Both the position numbers and the translations under genes were made by a program. Below are positions 6,381 to 18,841 of a DNA stretch of 64,000 nucleotides, in pieces. This DNA comes from Clostridia bacterium (GTDB lineage Bacteria > Bacillota > Clostridia > Christensenellales > DTU072): positions 2,344 to 66,343 of the forward strand of contig JAFVAC010000002.1 of assembly GCA_017476265.1 (NCBI GenBank). Reading direction: 5' to 3'. The notes below the pieces were generated by a model. It was not told where the DNA came from and made no database searches. It saw only the letters and a list, made by a program, of their open reading frames with translations. How positions within the stretch are numbered: position 1 is the first letter of the stretch; each line of letters begins with the position of its first letter.

Positions 6381-7066
6381 TCGTAAAAGACTTAACCGTT
6401 CGCTACGGAGAAAAGCCGGTATTACTTGATTTTTCCATCGAGATCGAGGAAAGGAAAATAACTTGTATTTTGGGTCCGTCCGGATGCGGCAAGACGACAC
6501 TCTTAAACTGCATTGTCGGGACTGTGCCGTATGAGGGAAGAATTGAGCGTAAAGAAAATCGGATAGGGTACGTCTATCAGGATCCGACCCTTTTTCCGCA
6601 TCTGACGGTTGGGAAAAATATAGAGTTGGTCCTGAAAAAACGATATCGTGACAAAAAAGAGAGATGGGATAAAGTCGATCGAATATTGAAAGACGTTGGT
6701 CTTTTTGCGGAAAAGAATGCCTATCCCGATACTCTTTCCGGGGGAATGGCGCAAAGAGTGTCTTTGGCAAGAGCGTTTGCTTATGAAAGCGATCTTTTAT
6801 TGCTGGACGAACCGTTCAAGGGTTTGGATATATCTTTGAAAAAACGCCTGATAGACGTCTTTTACGATCTATATTCCAAAACCGAACCGACGACTGTCTT
6901 TGTCACCCACGACGTGGAAGAAGCGATCCAACTTGCCGATACGATCATCGTACTGGACGGCACGGGAAAAATCGTATACAGGGTATCGCTTGACGACGCG
7001 ATCCATTCGAGAGACCCGATCAAATATGCGCCGATAAGAGCCGCGGTTTACGATAGCATACGTTAG
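6377..7066 (+). CDS. ABC transporter ATP-binding protein (canonical motifs)
   Basis: Carries GPSGCGKTT, YVYQDP, LSGGMAQRV, LLLLDEP and VTHD. GTG 6377 overlaps the permease TGA. The longer ORF-track start at 6293 lies inside the permease gene. Confidence 0.85.
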   Translation: MIVKDLTVRYGEKPVLLDFSIEIEERKITCILGPSGCGKTTLLNCIVGTVPYEGRIERKENRIGYVYQDPTLFPHLTVGKNIELVLKKRYRDKKERWDKVDRILKDVGLFAEKNAYPDTLSGGMAQRVSLARAFAYESDLLLLDEPFKGLDISLKKRLIDVFYDLYSKTEPTTVFVTHDVEEAIQLADTIIVLDGTGKIVYRVSLDDAIHSRDPIKYAPIRAAVYDSIR

Positions 7067-7145
7067 CGGTTTGTCTGTCGGATTCGTTGTATTTTAGTCA
7101 GTCGTAGAGATTGACTATTTTTTTATTATTTAGTATGATATATTT

Positions 7146-7637
7146 ATGATTATTTTAGGAATTGACCCTGGGTACGCCACGGTAGGATTCGGCGTTATCG
7201 AGACCATCAACGGAAGGAACAAAGCGGTTGAATACGGCGTTATCCTTACACCCAAAGAGGACTCTTTGCCAAAGCGTTTGGCAAAAATCGCGGAAGGATT
7301 CGATCAGTTGATAGAAAAGTATCATCCCGACGCAGTGGCGATCGAAGAATTGTTTTTTCAAAACAATCAGAAGACGGCGATCTTAGTCGCCGAGGCTCGA
7401 GGCGCGATCCTCCTCACCGTCTACGGAAAGGTAAAAAACTTGTACGAATATACGCCTTTGCAGATCAAGCAGGCGATGACGGGGTATGGGCGAGCGGACA
7501 AAAAGCAGATCCAACAAATGGTGACGACGTACTTGAATTTGAAGTCCATTCCTAAACCGGACGACGCGGCGGACGCGCTCGCCGTCGCGCTTACACACGC
7601 ACAAACGAATCGTTTGGCGGGACTTTTTGGGATATAA
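7146..7637 (+). CDS. ruvC: Holliday junction resolvase RuvC
   Basis: ILGIDPGYATVGFGVI N-terminus, and its position upstream of ruvAB. Confidence 0.93.
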   Translation: MIILGIDPGYATVGFGVIETINGRNKAVEYGVILTPKEDSLPKRLAKIAEGFDQLIEKYHPDAVAIEELFFQNNQKTAILVAEARGAILLTVYGKVKNLYEYTPLQIKQAMTGYGRADKKQIQQMVTTYLNLKSIPKPDDAADALAVALTHAQTNRLAGLFGI

Positions 7638-7646
7638 GGAGGAGAT

Positions 7647-8255
7647 ATGATAGGCTACATTAAGGGCGAGGCGATCATCATCGATGAAAATACCGTCATT
7701 ATGGAATGTAATGGTCTCGGCTATGAAGTAACGGTCAGCGGAAATACGGTCGTAAAAATCCAAAATGGGACGCCCTACATTTGTCTTTATACCTATCTTA
7801 AGGTCAGTGAAGACGACGTGACTTTGTACGGTTTTTACACGAAAGAAGAGAAGAATATGTTTCTGAAGCTCCTTTCGGTCAATGGGATCGGACCTAAAGC
7901 GGCGATCGGTATTTTGTCCGGAATAGAGCTGAACGACTTGATGATAGCCATTATGTCTTCTGATGTAAAGCGGCTTTCTAAGGTCAAAGGGATAGGAAAG
8001 AAGACCGCCGAAAGGATCGTTCTCGAACTGAAAGAAAAGATCGACGCAGGAAGTGCGGAATTGATGGAATCCATACCGACGGGCATCGGAGTATCGACGA
8101 AAGAGGAAGAAATCGACAAGGACTCCGCCGACGTCATCATCGCTTTACGAGGCTTGGGACTGAAGCAAGAGGAGGCATTGGAAGCGGTCAGACAGGCGAA
8201 GCCGCACTGTAATACCGCGGAAGAAATGCTCGTCTACATACTTAAAAACAGATAG
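7647..8255 (+). CDS. ruvA: Holliday junction branch migration protein RuvA
   Basis: MIGYIKGE.. N-terminus and the helix-hairpin-helix segment [12 protein letters not shown]. Confidence 0.93.
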   Translation: MIGYIKGEAIIIDENTVIMECNGLGYEVTVSGNTVVKIQNGTPYICLYTYLKVSEDDVTLYGFYTKEEKNMFLKLLSVNGIGPKAAIGILSGIELNDLMIAIMSSDVKRLSKVKGIGKKTAERIVLELKEKIDAGSAELMESIPTGIGVSTKEEEIDKDSADVIIALRGLGLKQEEALEAVRQAKPHCNTAEEMLVYILKNR

Positions 8256-8263
8256 GGGGAATT

Positions 8264-9277
8264 ATGGAAGACGAAGAACGGTTGATATCTTCGGTCAAGC
8301 TGGAGAACGACGATAACGAAAACTTACTCCGCCCGAAAGAGATCGACGAGTACGTTGGGCAAGAAAAAGTCAAGGCAAACTTAAAGGTCTTTATGCACTC
8401 TGCAAAAAAACGCGGAGAAAGTCTTGACCACGTTCTTTTATACGGTCCGCCGGGACTGGGTAAGACCACATTGTCTCACATCATCGCCAACGAGATGCAT
8501 GGCGACATTAAAATAACAAGCGGACCGGCAATAGCGCGAGCGATGGACCTTGCCGCGATCCTGACCAACTTACGGGACGGAGATATCCTTTTTGTGGACG
8601 AGATTCACAGATTAAACCACAGCGTCGAAGAGATATTGTATCCGGCGATGGAAGACTTTATGCTGGATATGGTCTTGGGTAAGGGGCCTTCCGCCAGGAC
8701 GATGAGGATCCCGTTGTCCAAGTTTACGCTGGTCGGTGCCACGACCAAAGCGGGTATGCTTGGAGCGCCACTACGCGATCGTTTCGGCGTGGTCTGCCGG
8801 TTGGAACTGTATACGCCGGAGGAATTGGCGATCATCATCAATCGCTCTGCCGGCATCCTCAATATCGATATCGAACCCGCTGCGACGGAAGAGATAGCAA
8901 AGAGGTCCAGAGGGACGCCTCGTATCGCCAATCGACTTTTGAAGAGGGTCAGGGACTTCGCCGAGTTTGCCGATAGCAAAATCATCACTCACGAAATAGC
9001 AAAATCCGCATTGAACAGTCTGGAAGTGGACGAACTCGGTCTGGATAAGACGGATAGTTTGATCTTGCATACGATCATCGAAAAGTTTAACGGCGGTCCT
9101 GTCGGGTTGGAAACTCTTGCGGCGGCAAGCGGCGAAGAGACCAATACGATCGAAGACGTCTACGAACCCTTCTTGATACAGCTCGGATTTATTGCAAGGA
9201 CGCCGCGCGGACGGATATGCACGATCAACGCTTACAATCATCTTGGGGTGCCGTATCCCGGTAGCGTGAACAAATAG
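8264..9277 (+). CDS. ruvB: Holliday junction DNA helicase RuvB
   Basis: [16 protein letters not shown], Walker [10 protein letters not shown], and FVDEIHRL. Confidence 0.96.
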   Translation: MEDEERLISSVKLENDDNENLLRPKEIDEYVGQEKVKANLKVFMHSAKKRGESLDHVLLYGPPGLGKTTLSHIIANEMHGDIKITSGPAIARAMDLAAILTNLRDGDILFVDEIHRLNHSVEEILYPAMEDFMLDMVLGKGPSARTMRIPLSKFTLVGATTKAGMLGAPLRDRFGVVCRLELYTPEELAIIINRSAGILNIDIEPAATEEIAKRSRGTPRIANRLLKRVRDFAEFADSKIITHEIAKSALNSLEVDELGLDKTDSLILHTIIEKFNGGPVGLETLAAASGEETNTIEDVYEPFLIQLGFIARTPRGRICTINAYNHLGVPYPGSVNK

Positions 9278-9284
9278 GAAGACT

Positions 9285-11440
<2,156 letters not shown>

Positions 11441-11523
11441 AAAATTTTGTTGGGCAATAATACTTGCGAAACTCTGTTTTTTATTGTATGATTATATAAA
11501 ATCCAATTATCAGGAGAATAATT

Positions 11524-11817
11524 ATGGTAAATTTTTTGGCAATCGATACTTCTCAGTGGCTCATGCCCGTGATCCTCGGCGTCTTCTTTATTCTGATGAT
11601 CGTGATGACGATCGTCCCGCAGAGGAAGCAAAAGAAGAAGATGCAGGATATGATGAACAGCATTCAGATCGGCGATAAGATCATGACTATCGGTGGGTTT
11701 ATCGGCACAATCGTGGAATATGACGCTGCTACCGAAAACTATACTCTCAACGTCGGGACGGAAGAAAATCCGACTCTGGTCGTGATCGTCAAGAACGCGA
11801 TCCGTTCCAAAATGTAG
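11524..11817 (+). CDS. yajC: preprotein translocase subunit YajC
   Basis: A single TM segment followed by QRKQKKKMQDMMNSIQIGDKIMTIGG. Confidence 0.85.
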   Translation: MVNFLAIDTSQWLMPVILGVFFILMIVMTIVPQRKQKKKMQDMMNSIQIGDKIMTIGGFIGTIVEYDAATENYTLNVGTEENPTLVVIVKNAIRSKM

Positions 11818-11839
11818 TTTTCATCAAAAAAATCAATGT

Positions 11840-11862
11840 AAAGGAGCCTAACGGCTCCTTTT
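11840..11862. terminator. bidirectional terminator
   Basis: AAAGGAGCC-TAAC-GGCTCCTTTT between convergent genes. Confidence 0.6.
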
Positions 11863-12268
11863 ACTTTTGTACGCGAGAAAGTGACTTTTTACCCACGTTG
11901 ACGGCGATGACGCCGCTGATCGCGCCAATCACTATACCGAGAGCAACGTCGATAAGGCTCATTGCGTTAAAACGAACGCTATTGGAAATCAGTCCGAAGA
12001 TCAAGATAGACAACAGCGTATAGGACAGTCCGACGATGGCTCCTTTGAAGGCGCCCCGGCGTTTTTCTTTTATGCCGATCAAGCAACCTACAAGTACACT
12101 GAGGATCTTGATCACTTGATTGACCGGGGCGATCAGTACGTCCGGAACTTCAGTCAAATTGACGATCAAAGCAAATACCAAGACCAGCGCAAGTGAGATC
12201 AAAACGGCAATGATCGCGCTACGAATCAAATCGAATAAAAAGTTTTTATTGAAGCTGAGTTTTTTCAT
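11861..12268 (-). CDS. TIGR04086/YrzE-like membrane protein
   Basis: Four-TM small protein. ATG at 12268 with a GGAGGT SD. It neighbours the SCIFF locus. Confidence 0.6.
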   Translation of the reverse strand: MKKLSFNKNFLFDLIRSAIIAVLISLALVLVFALIVNLTEVPDVLIAPVNQVIKILSVLVGCLIGIKEKRRGAFKGAIVGLSYTLLSILIFGLISNSVRFNAMSLIDVALGIVIGAISGVIAVNVGKKSLSRVQK

Positions 12269-12333
12269 GCTACCTCCATCGGCTATTCTATTCGACATTT
12301 TTCAGAATATGTCATAGTGCAGGATAAAAAGAC

Positions 12334-12362
12334 TTGCGTTATTGTCAAAGTTTATGTATAAT
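12334..12362 (+). promoter_or_regulatory. sigma-A type promoter for SCIFF operon
   Basis: TTGCGT, 17-nt spacer, TATAAT. Confidence 0.45.
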
Positions 12363-12395
12363 AAATGAAGAAATACAAACGGAGGATAGGTTTTT

Positions 12396-12566
12396 ATGAA
12401 ACATATCGAACAAGTTTATAAAAAAGCACTTTGCAAAAATCACGAGACGGGATGCGGCGAATGCCAATCCAGCTGCCAATCTGCTTGCAAAACCAGTTGC
12501 ACCGTAGGCAATCAATCCTGCAAACAGGAAGAAAAGATCAACACCATCGTCAAAAAGCCCGAATAG
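12396..12566 (+). CDS. scfA: SCIFF six-cysteine ribosomal peptide precursor
   Basis: 56-aa product MKHIEQVYKKALCKNHETGCGECQSSCQSACKTSCTVGNQSCKQEEKINTIVKKPE with a GGAGG SD. It is below the ORF-track cutoff. The tracked minus-strand ORF 12345-12602 is its shadow. Confidence 0.9.
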   Translation: MKHIEQVYKKALCKNHETGCGECQSSCQSACKTSCTVGNQSCKQEEKINTIVKKPE

Positions 12567-12575
12567 TTTTATAAA

Positions 12576-13934
12576 ATGGTTCATCCGTTCCGATACGTCC
12601 ACGAAGGAAAACCGTATTATCTCCTTTGGGACGTAGAGAGTGCGAGTCTTTCCGTAATAGACTACGCGGCATATTTATTTGCAAAAAAGCGTTACGCCAC
12701 TTTGACCCCGCAGGAAGAGGAGGCGTATTTTTTGTTGTCCGAAGAAGACCGACGGGAACTGTCGGAAGAATTTGACGAACTGGAAAAAGACGGCTCGCTG
12801 AATGCGGAACCGATTATTAAGGAGTTCTCAAAGTCGGCGGATGAAGTCAAAGCTCTTTGTCTGCACATTTGCCACGACTGCAATCTCGCGTGTGAGTATT
12901 GTTTTGCCGGTGGAGGGACCTATCATACCGCTCGCGACTATATGTCCGCAGAAGTGGGTAAAAAAGCAATCGACTTTTTGATTGAGCACTCCGGCAAGCG
13001 AAAAAATCTCGAAGTCGACTTCTTTGGCGGCGAACCATTGATGAATATGGGACCCGTAAAGGAGATCGTCGGTTACGCAAGAGAGCAGGGAGAAAAATTC
13101 GGCAAAAGATTTGCGTTTACGATGACGACGAATTGCCTATTGCTCGACGATAAGACTGTGGAGTACCTCAATGAGGAGATGGAGAACGTCGTATTGAGCA
13201 TAGACGGCAGAAAGACAGTGCATAATGCCGTGCGTCACACCAGAAACGGTAAGGATGCATACGACGTTATTTTGCAGAATGCACTTAAAATGCGCAAGGC
13301 AAGAGGGGATAAAAAGTATTATGTCCGAGGGACTTTTACGGCAAAAAATCTCGATTTTTCCGAAGACATTCTTGCTTTGAATGACGCCGGATTCGATCAG
13401 ATCTCCGTCGAGCCGGTCGTTTTGCCCGAAGAGCATCCGTTGGCTCTGAAAAAAGAACACTTGGATAAGATCCTTGCCGAATACGATCGTTTTACCGAAG
13501 AGTATATCACTCGAAGAAAAGATGGGAGATGGTTCAATTTTTTCCATTTTATGTTGGATCTTGAGCATGGACCTTGTCCCAATAAGCGTTTGACCGGTTG
13601 CGGCGCGGGGACGGAATATCTTGCCGTGACTCCGACAGGGGATATTTATCCTTGTCACCAATTCGCGGGACTGCCGGACTTTTTGATCGGCAACGTCTTT
13701 TCCGGTATCCAAAAGCAATCGATCCGAGATACCTTTGCTAAAAACTGCGTCTTGGCGAAGGAGCATTGTAAAAAGTGTTTTGCCAAATATTATTGCGGAG
13801 GCGGTTGTGCTGCGAACGCGTATAACTTCACCGGATCGATCGACGGCCAATACGAAATGGGGTGCGAGTTGACCAAAAAGCGGTTGGAACTCAGTCTTGC
13901 CGTCGCAGCATTGGAAAAGAAAGGCAAAAATTGA
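12576..13934 (+). CDS. scfB: SCIFF radical SAM maturase (thioether-forming, SPASM domain)
   Basis: CNLACEYC radical-SAM cluster motif and a C-terminal Cys-rich SPASM region (CGAG..CHQF, CKKC..CGGGC). It lies immediately downstream of SCIFF. Confidence 0.9.
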   Translation: MVHPFRYVHEGKPYYLLWDVESASLSVIDYAAYLFAKKRYATLTPQEEEAYFLLSEEDRRELSEEFDELEKDGSLNAEPIIKEFSKSADEVKALCLHICHDCNLACEYCFAGGGTYHTARDYMSAEVGKKAIDFLIEHSGKRKNLEVDFFGGEPLMNMGPVKEIVGYAREQGEKFGKRFAFTMTTNCLLLDDKTVEYLNEEMENVVLSIDGRKTVHNAVRHTRNGKDAYDVILQNALKMRKARGDKKYYVRGTFTAKNLDFSEDILALNDAGFDQISVEPVVLPEEHPLALKKEHLDKILAEYDRFTEEYITRRKDGRWFNFFHFMLDLEHGPCPNKRLTGCGAGTEYLAVTPTGDIYPCHQFAGLPDFLIGNVFSGIQKQSIRDTFAKNCVLAKEHCKKCFAKYYCGGGCAANAYNFTGSIDGQYEMGCELTKKRLELSLAVAALEKKGKN

Positions 13935-13994
13935 TTTTTATTTATTGATTTCTTTATTTTCGCCTATAAAATTATTAATAGTAATTAAATTAAG

Positions 13995-14023
13995 TTGACT
14001 TCTTTGTAAGATATCGGTATAAT
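13995..14023 (+). promoter_or_regulatory. sigma-A type promoter (secDF)
   Basis: TTGACT, 17-nt spacer, TATAAT. Confidence 0.5.
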
Positions 14024-14108
14024 GTATAAGTCAAACTGTATACTACGCCGTAATTTGACGTAAAAGTTTGATTGGAAGTTATTCGACAAACACACGGAGG
14101 CAAACCAA

Positions 14109-15398
14109 GTGAGTAAGAAAGCAGCAATTATTGTTCTTTCCATCCTCATCATACTGATCCTCGGATTGGCGGCGATGATGATACCCTGGAACGGAAAGGA
14201 GTCCATACCTATCGGCGACTCGAATTATGATTATTATTGGGTGCCGTATGCTATATCGCAAGGTCTTGACTTAAAGGGCGGAATGTACGCCGAATATGCC
14301 GCGAAAGTGCAAGCGACCGGAGAGGACGCGTCTTCTGATGAAATCGAGGGTGCAATAGCCAATCTGGAAGATATCCTTTTCGGCAAGGGGTATACGGAAG
14401 CGGTTGTGACCAAACAGGGAAACAGCCAGATCAGAGTCGAGGTCCCCGACGTGGACAACGTGGAAGAACTGATGCAGTTGATTGGGAAGTCCGCGACTTT
14501 GGAATTCCGCGACAGCGATGGAAACGTACTTATTACCGGTTCTGAACACTTAAGCGACTGCTATGCTGCAGTAAACGACGGACAATACGTCATAAAGCTT
14601 GAGTTTAACTCCAAAGGTAAATCCGCTTTTTATGAGGCGACGAACAACAACATCGGTAAGAAAATCGGTATATATATCGACGACGTCCTTATTATGAACC
14701 CGAGCGTTAACTCCGCCATCGCCGACGGTAACGCGATCATCACCGGGAACTACGATTATTCCTCCGCAAATGCATATGCCGTTCGTATCAAGGCGGGTAT
14801 CAGTACTGTCAAACTGACGCTGCTTACTACTGAGACCATCTCTCCGACCCTTGGCGATGAAGCGCTCAGTCGCAGCCTTCTTGCCGCGTCTATCGGTATT
14901 TTGGTCATTATCGCGTTTATGATCCTCTATTACAGAGGGTTGGGTATCTGTGCTTCTCTTGCTCTTGTCTTTTACGTCGAATTGCTGATTTTGGCACTTG
15001 CGATCGTGCCATGGGTACAGTTGACTTTGACCGGTATCGCCGGCGTCATACTGAGTATCGGTATGGCGGTGGACGCGAACATTATCATTTTCGAAAGAAT
15101 TAAAGAAGAGAAGGCAATAGGAAACAAACTTGTGCCGAGTGCGGTTCAAGCAGGCTTCAAAGGTGCTTTGATCACCATCGTTGACGCAAACGTGACGACG
15201 ATTTTCGGTTCGATCGTTATGATCATCTTCGGATCGTCTGCGATAAAGAGCTTCGCTATTACGCTTCTTATCGGTATCATCTTGTCTATGTTCACGTCAC
15301 TGCTTGTGACAAGATTGTTCGTCAACAGTTTCGTAGCGTTCAACGATGAAAGCGAAGCGTTTTATGGGTTGAAGACGAAGGAGGCGACAAATGACTAA
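14109..15398 (+). CDS. secD: protein translocase subunit SecD
   Basis: GLDLKGG motif, a C-terminal 6-TM RND-like domain, and its position upstream of secF. GTG start. Confidence 0.9.
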   Translation: MSKKAAIIVLSILIILILGLAAMMIPWNGKESIPIGDSNYDYYWVPYAISQGLDLKGGMYAEYAAKVQATGEDASSDEIEGAIANLEDILFGKGYTEAVVTKQGNSQIRVEVPDVDNVEELMQLIGKSATLEFRDSDGNVLITGSEHLSDCYAAVNDGQYVIKLEFNSKGKSAFYEATNNNIGKKIGIYIDDVLIMNPSVNSAIADGNAIITGNYDYSSANAYAVRIKAGISTVKLTLLTTETISPTLGDEALSRSLLAASIGILVIIAFMILYYRGLGICASLALVFYVELLILALAIVPWVQLTLTGIAGVILSIGMAVDANIIIFERIKEEKAIGNKLVPSAVQAGFKGALITIVDANVTTIFGSIVMIIFGSSAIKSFAITLLIGIILSMFTSLLVTRLFVNSFVAFNDESEAFYGLKTKEATND

Positions 15399-16482
15399 AT
15401 TTTTCGGGAAAGTGAAGAACTTCGTCAAAAACTTCGATATTTATGACAAATCTAAGATTTTGTTTATTGTGCCTTTGGTCGTTGTGCTCGTCATGATCGT
15501 CTGCGGTCTTTGCTACGAATTCAATACCTCGTCGTATGATAAATTCGCTAATATCGGCGTTGACTTTCAGGGGGGTACTCTTCTGACCGTTGACTTCAAA
15601 CAGCCCGGAATGAACAGCGGATCCAAGTACAACGACAACCTTGCTCTTATTAACGAGGCGTTGGAAGAGAACGGTTTGACCGCTTCCGTTGTGCAGTCTT
15701 CCGGTGACAGCGCGATCATCGTACGCTATTTGAATACAGTCAAGGTAGGGGGACAACTCGTCGATTATAGCACCGATGAAAAGGTCGCCGAGATGAACAC
15801 CATCAACGACAAAGTGAAGTCCGATATTTCGGAAAAAGTAGCCGTCAAATATGCCGGAGCCGTAGAAGTCGAGTCTACGACGAGTTTGATCGGTAATACG
15901 TCCAGTATGCGTTTACTTCGCACGGCGCTTATTTCCGTAGCGGTCGCGCTTGCTTTGATGTTGGTGTACATTGTCATTCGATTCGACTTGTATTCGGCTC
16001 TTGCCGCTATCGTTGCTTTGATCCACGATATTTTGATCATGATGTGCTTTACCGTCATATTCTATGTGGAGATCGGCTCGACGATCGTCGCTGCTATTAT
16101 CACAATTGTTGCTTACTCTATCAACAACACGATCATTGTGTTTGACAAGATCAGAGCTACCGTCAAGCCTTATAAGAAGAGCCATGAAAAATTCGATATC
16201 GGCTTAGTCATCAATAAGTCGGTTAGAGCTACGCTCACCCGTACATTGTTTACGACTTTCACGACTTTGATCGTCATCGTATTGTTGGCCGCGCTTGGCG
16301 TGGCGTCTATCAGGACGTTTGCTTTGCCGATTATCTTTGGTTTGATCGGTGGTTTCTATTCATCTGTTTTCCTTGCCGGACCGATGTGGGGTATCTTCAA
16401 AGGTTGGGGCGAAAAGATAAAGGTCGCTTACAAAAACAGGAAATTCAAAAAGGCGAAACAGTTAAAAAAGGCTGTTGCGTAG
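15391..16482 (+). CDS. secF: protein translocase subunit SecF
   Basis: GVDFQGGT motif and a 6-TM domain. Confidence 0.9.
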   Translation: MTKFFGKVKNFVKNFDIYDKSKILFIVPLVVVLVMIVCGLCYEFNTSSYDKFANIGVDFQGGTLLTVDFKQPGMNSGSKYNDNLALINEALEENGLTASVVQSSGDSAIIVRYLNTVKVGGQLVDYSTDEKVAEMNTINDKVKSDISEKVAVKYAGAVEVESTTSLIGNTSSMRLLRTALISVAVALALMLVYIVIRFDLYSALAAIVALIHDILIMMCFTVIFYVEIGSTIVAAIITIVAYSINNTIIVFDKIRATVKPYKKSHEKFDIGLVINKSVRATLTRTLFTTFTTLIVIVLLAALGVASIRTFALPIIFGLIGGFYSSVFLAGPMWGIFKGWGEKIKVAYKNRKFKKAKQLKKAVA

Positions 16483-16500
16483 AAAGCATTGTTATTACGA

Positions 16501-16528
16501 AAAGCCCGCACGAATTGCGGGCTTTTTT
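16501..16528 (+). terminator. rho-independent terminator
   Basis: AAAGCCCGC-ACGAATT-GCGGGCTTTTTT. Confidence 0.7.
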
Positions 16529-16549
16529 GAAAAAATATGAAGGCTCGAA

Positions 16550-18841
16550 ATGAAGATCGTACAGAAAAACAATTTTGATGAAAAAAGGGTCTATGAGTAT
16601 GCCAAGTCTTTAAAGGTGACTGACTTTGCCGCGAGACTCTTATTATCACGCGGTTTTGACATAAAATCCGCGGAAAAATATATGTACGGCACTTTGAACG
16701 ATCTCACGGATCCTTTTGCCTATTCAGGCATGAGACTCGCTGTCGACATCGTCAGAAAATGTATAGATTCAGGGAAAAAGATCGTCTTCTATGGGGACTA
16801 CGATTGCGATGGCATTGGCGCTGTATCTATCTTGACGCGCGCTTTCTCCGCTAAAGACATTTGCTGTGACTATTACGTTCCGGTCCGTTCGGACGAAGGG
16901 TATGGTCTACACTGCGAAGCGATCAAGAAGATCAAAACCGAGAAAAAAGCCGATCTTATCGTCACTGTGGACTGTGGGATCACTTCTGTAAGAGAAGTCG
17001 AATATTGCAAACAACTCGGAATGGAGATCATTGTGACCGATCACCATCGTCCGGGAGAAATATTACCCGATTGTATCGTAGTAGATCCTTGTTTGGATGA
17101 AACGTTGACCCCGTTATGCGGTGCAGGAGTAGCACTTTATCTTGTAAGAGGATTATTCGGTGATGATGAAGGAAAGAACTATTTGGATATATGTGCTTTG
17201 TCCACTGTAGCCGATATCGTTCCTCTTGTCGATGACAATCGCATTATTGTCAAGTATGGAATCGAGCTGATAAGGATGGGGTTAGGAAAAGTCGGAATAA
17301 AAGCGCTTTTGCAAGCCTCGGAGATTCCGCAAAAAGCGTTATCAACTGTTGATATCGGGTTTAAGATCGGTCCCAGGCTCAATTCTGCGGGCAGATTATC
17401 TACGGCTGAAAACGCAATCAGAATATTGATCACTGATGACCCGACAGAGGCAATGCTTATTGCTCGGGAACTCAGCATGCAAAACGGCGATAGGCAGACT
17501 ATAGAAAAACAGATCGTCGAATCTGCCATGAAAAAGTTACAGAGTTATGACTTTGGAAAATACAAAATCATAATCCTATATGATGAAAGTTGGGACGAAG
17601 GGGTCAACGGGATCGCAGCGGCTAAGTTGACGGAATATTTCAATCTTCCGACCATCCTTTTGACAAAAGGACAGGACGGTCGTCTGAAGGGTTCAGCTCG
17701 AAGTATAGCGGGCGTAAATATTCATGAGGCGATATCCACGCAAAAAGAAAAATTATACTCTTTCGGCGGTCATGCAATGGCAGCGGGAATCAGCCTTTTC
17801 GAAAAAAATTTAGCTAGTTTTATTAATGGCATAAATTCTGAAATTAGCAAAAAACCTATTGAAATATTTGAGCGTGTTTTTTATTACGACTTACCTTTTT
17901 CAATGTTTGACGTTACGCCGAATATTGTAAAAACTCTACGATATTTCGAGCCATTCGGATACGGTAATCCGACTCCCGTTTTTTGGGATCCTGCGCCAAG
18001 CGTTAAGTTTTCCAGATTAAAAGGAAGACACTTGAAAGGTAAAACGAAGATCGGCGACGTGATATCCTTCGGGAATGGATATGCTTGCGATGAATTTAAT
18101 ACAGCGTTGGGGAAAAGCGCTTTGTATACGATAGATAAGAACTTTTTCAATGGATCGGAATACGACCAGATCAAGATCAAGAAACTGTTTTTTGATCGAT
18201 TCAAATTAAAGAAAGTTAATCAAATAGAGCGGTTTTGCGCTTTTTCTGTAAATATTTCGGTAGCGGACATTCCGGGGAAACAAACCGCGCGTTCTATGAC
18301 GGATCCTCGTTTGGACGTCTTTTTCGATAAAGAAAGCTTTGATGAATTTTGTGAGAACAATGAGGAATATGTTCGTATATTCGGCGAGACGGAATTCTTT
18401 ATACAGGGGAAAATCGCCGTACTTTTGCCGGACGCAAACTTTCCTTTTTCGTATTACAATTCAATAACAATTCATGGAAAAACGACCGATTCCGTAAGAG
18501 AGTATTTTTCCGCATTAGGAGCGTCTTTTTCTGACAATAGTTGTGATTCGTTTTTGCCTCGTTTTTCAATAGAAGAGATGCGAAAGACGTATGTTGACAT
18601 TGTTCAACATTTCAGGATTGACTATGTAAAACGATATTTTACGACGAACGATATTTTTGAAGTTTTGAAAAAAAACGGATATCTTTACGATGAAGAACGA
18701 TTCGTTTTGTATTTCTTTATATTGCTCGACTTGAAGTTGCTAAAATGGGAAAACGGTGCTATACTATTGGGAAAAGGAGAAAAGGTGGACCTCAACGCCT
18801 CCTCTTTATATCGATTTGTCAATGGAAATATCGCTTACTGA
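16550..18841 (+). CDS. recJ: single-stranded-DNA-specific exonuclease RecJ
   Basis: DHH motifs (YGDYDCDG, VTVDCG, VTDHH) and the DHHA1 motif GGHAMAAG. Confidence 0.92.
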   Translation: MKIVQKNNFDEKRVYEYAKSLKVTDFAARLLLSRGFDIKSAEKYMYGTLNDLTDPFAYSGMRLAVDIVRKCIDSGKKIVFYGDYDCDGIGAVSILTRAFSAKDICCDYYVPVRSDEGYGLHCEAIKKIKTEKKADLIVTVDCGITSVREVEYCKQLGMEIIVTDHHRPGEILPDCIVVDPCLDETLTPLCGAGVALYLVRGLFGDDEGKNYLDICALSTVADIVPLVDDNRIIVKYGIELIRMGLGKVGIKALLQASEIPQKALSTVDIGFKIGPRLNSAGRLSTAENAIRILITDDPTEAMLIARELSMQNGDRQTIEKQIVESAMKKLQSYDFGKYKIIILYDESWDEGVNGIAAAKLTEYFNLPTILLTKGQDGRLKGSARSIAGVNIHEAISTQKEKLYSFGGHAMAAGISLFEKNLASFINGINSEISKKPIEIFERVFYYDLPFSMFDVTPNIVKTLRYFEPFGYGNPTPVFWDPAPSVKFSRLKGRHLKGKTKIGDVISFGNGYACDEFNTALGKSALYTIDKNFFNGSEYDQIKIKKLFFDRFKLKKVNQIERFCAFSVNISVADIPGKQTARSMTDPRLDVFFDKESFDEFCENNEEYVRIFGETEFFIQGKIAVLLPDANFPFSYYNSITIHGKTTDSVREYFSALGASFSDNSCDSFLPRFSIEEMRKTYVDIVQHFRIDYVKRYFTTNDIFEVLKKNGYLYDEERFVLYFFILLDLKLLKWENGAILLGKGEKVDLNASSLYRFVNGNIAY

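Noticed and set aside
12345-12602. 85-aa minus-strand ORF in the ORF track.
   Set aside because: It lies antisense over the SCIFF precursor gene and its promoter. It has no SD and a low-complexity product. The plus-strand SCIFF peptide with a GGAGG SD explains the locus.
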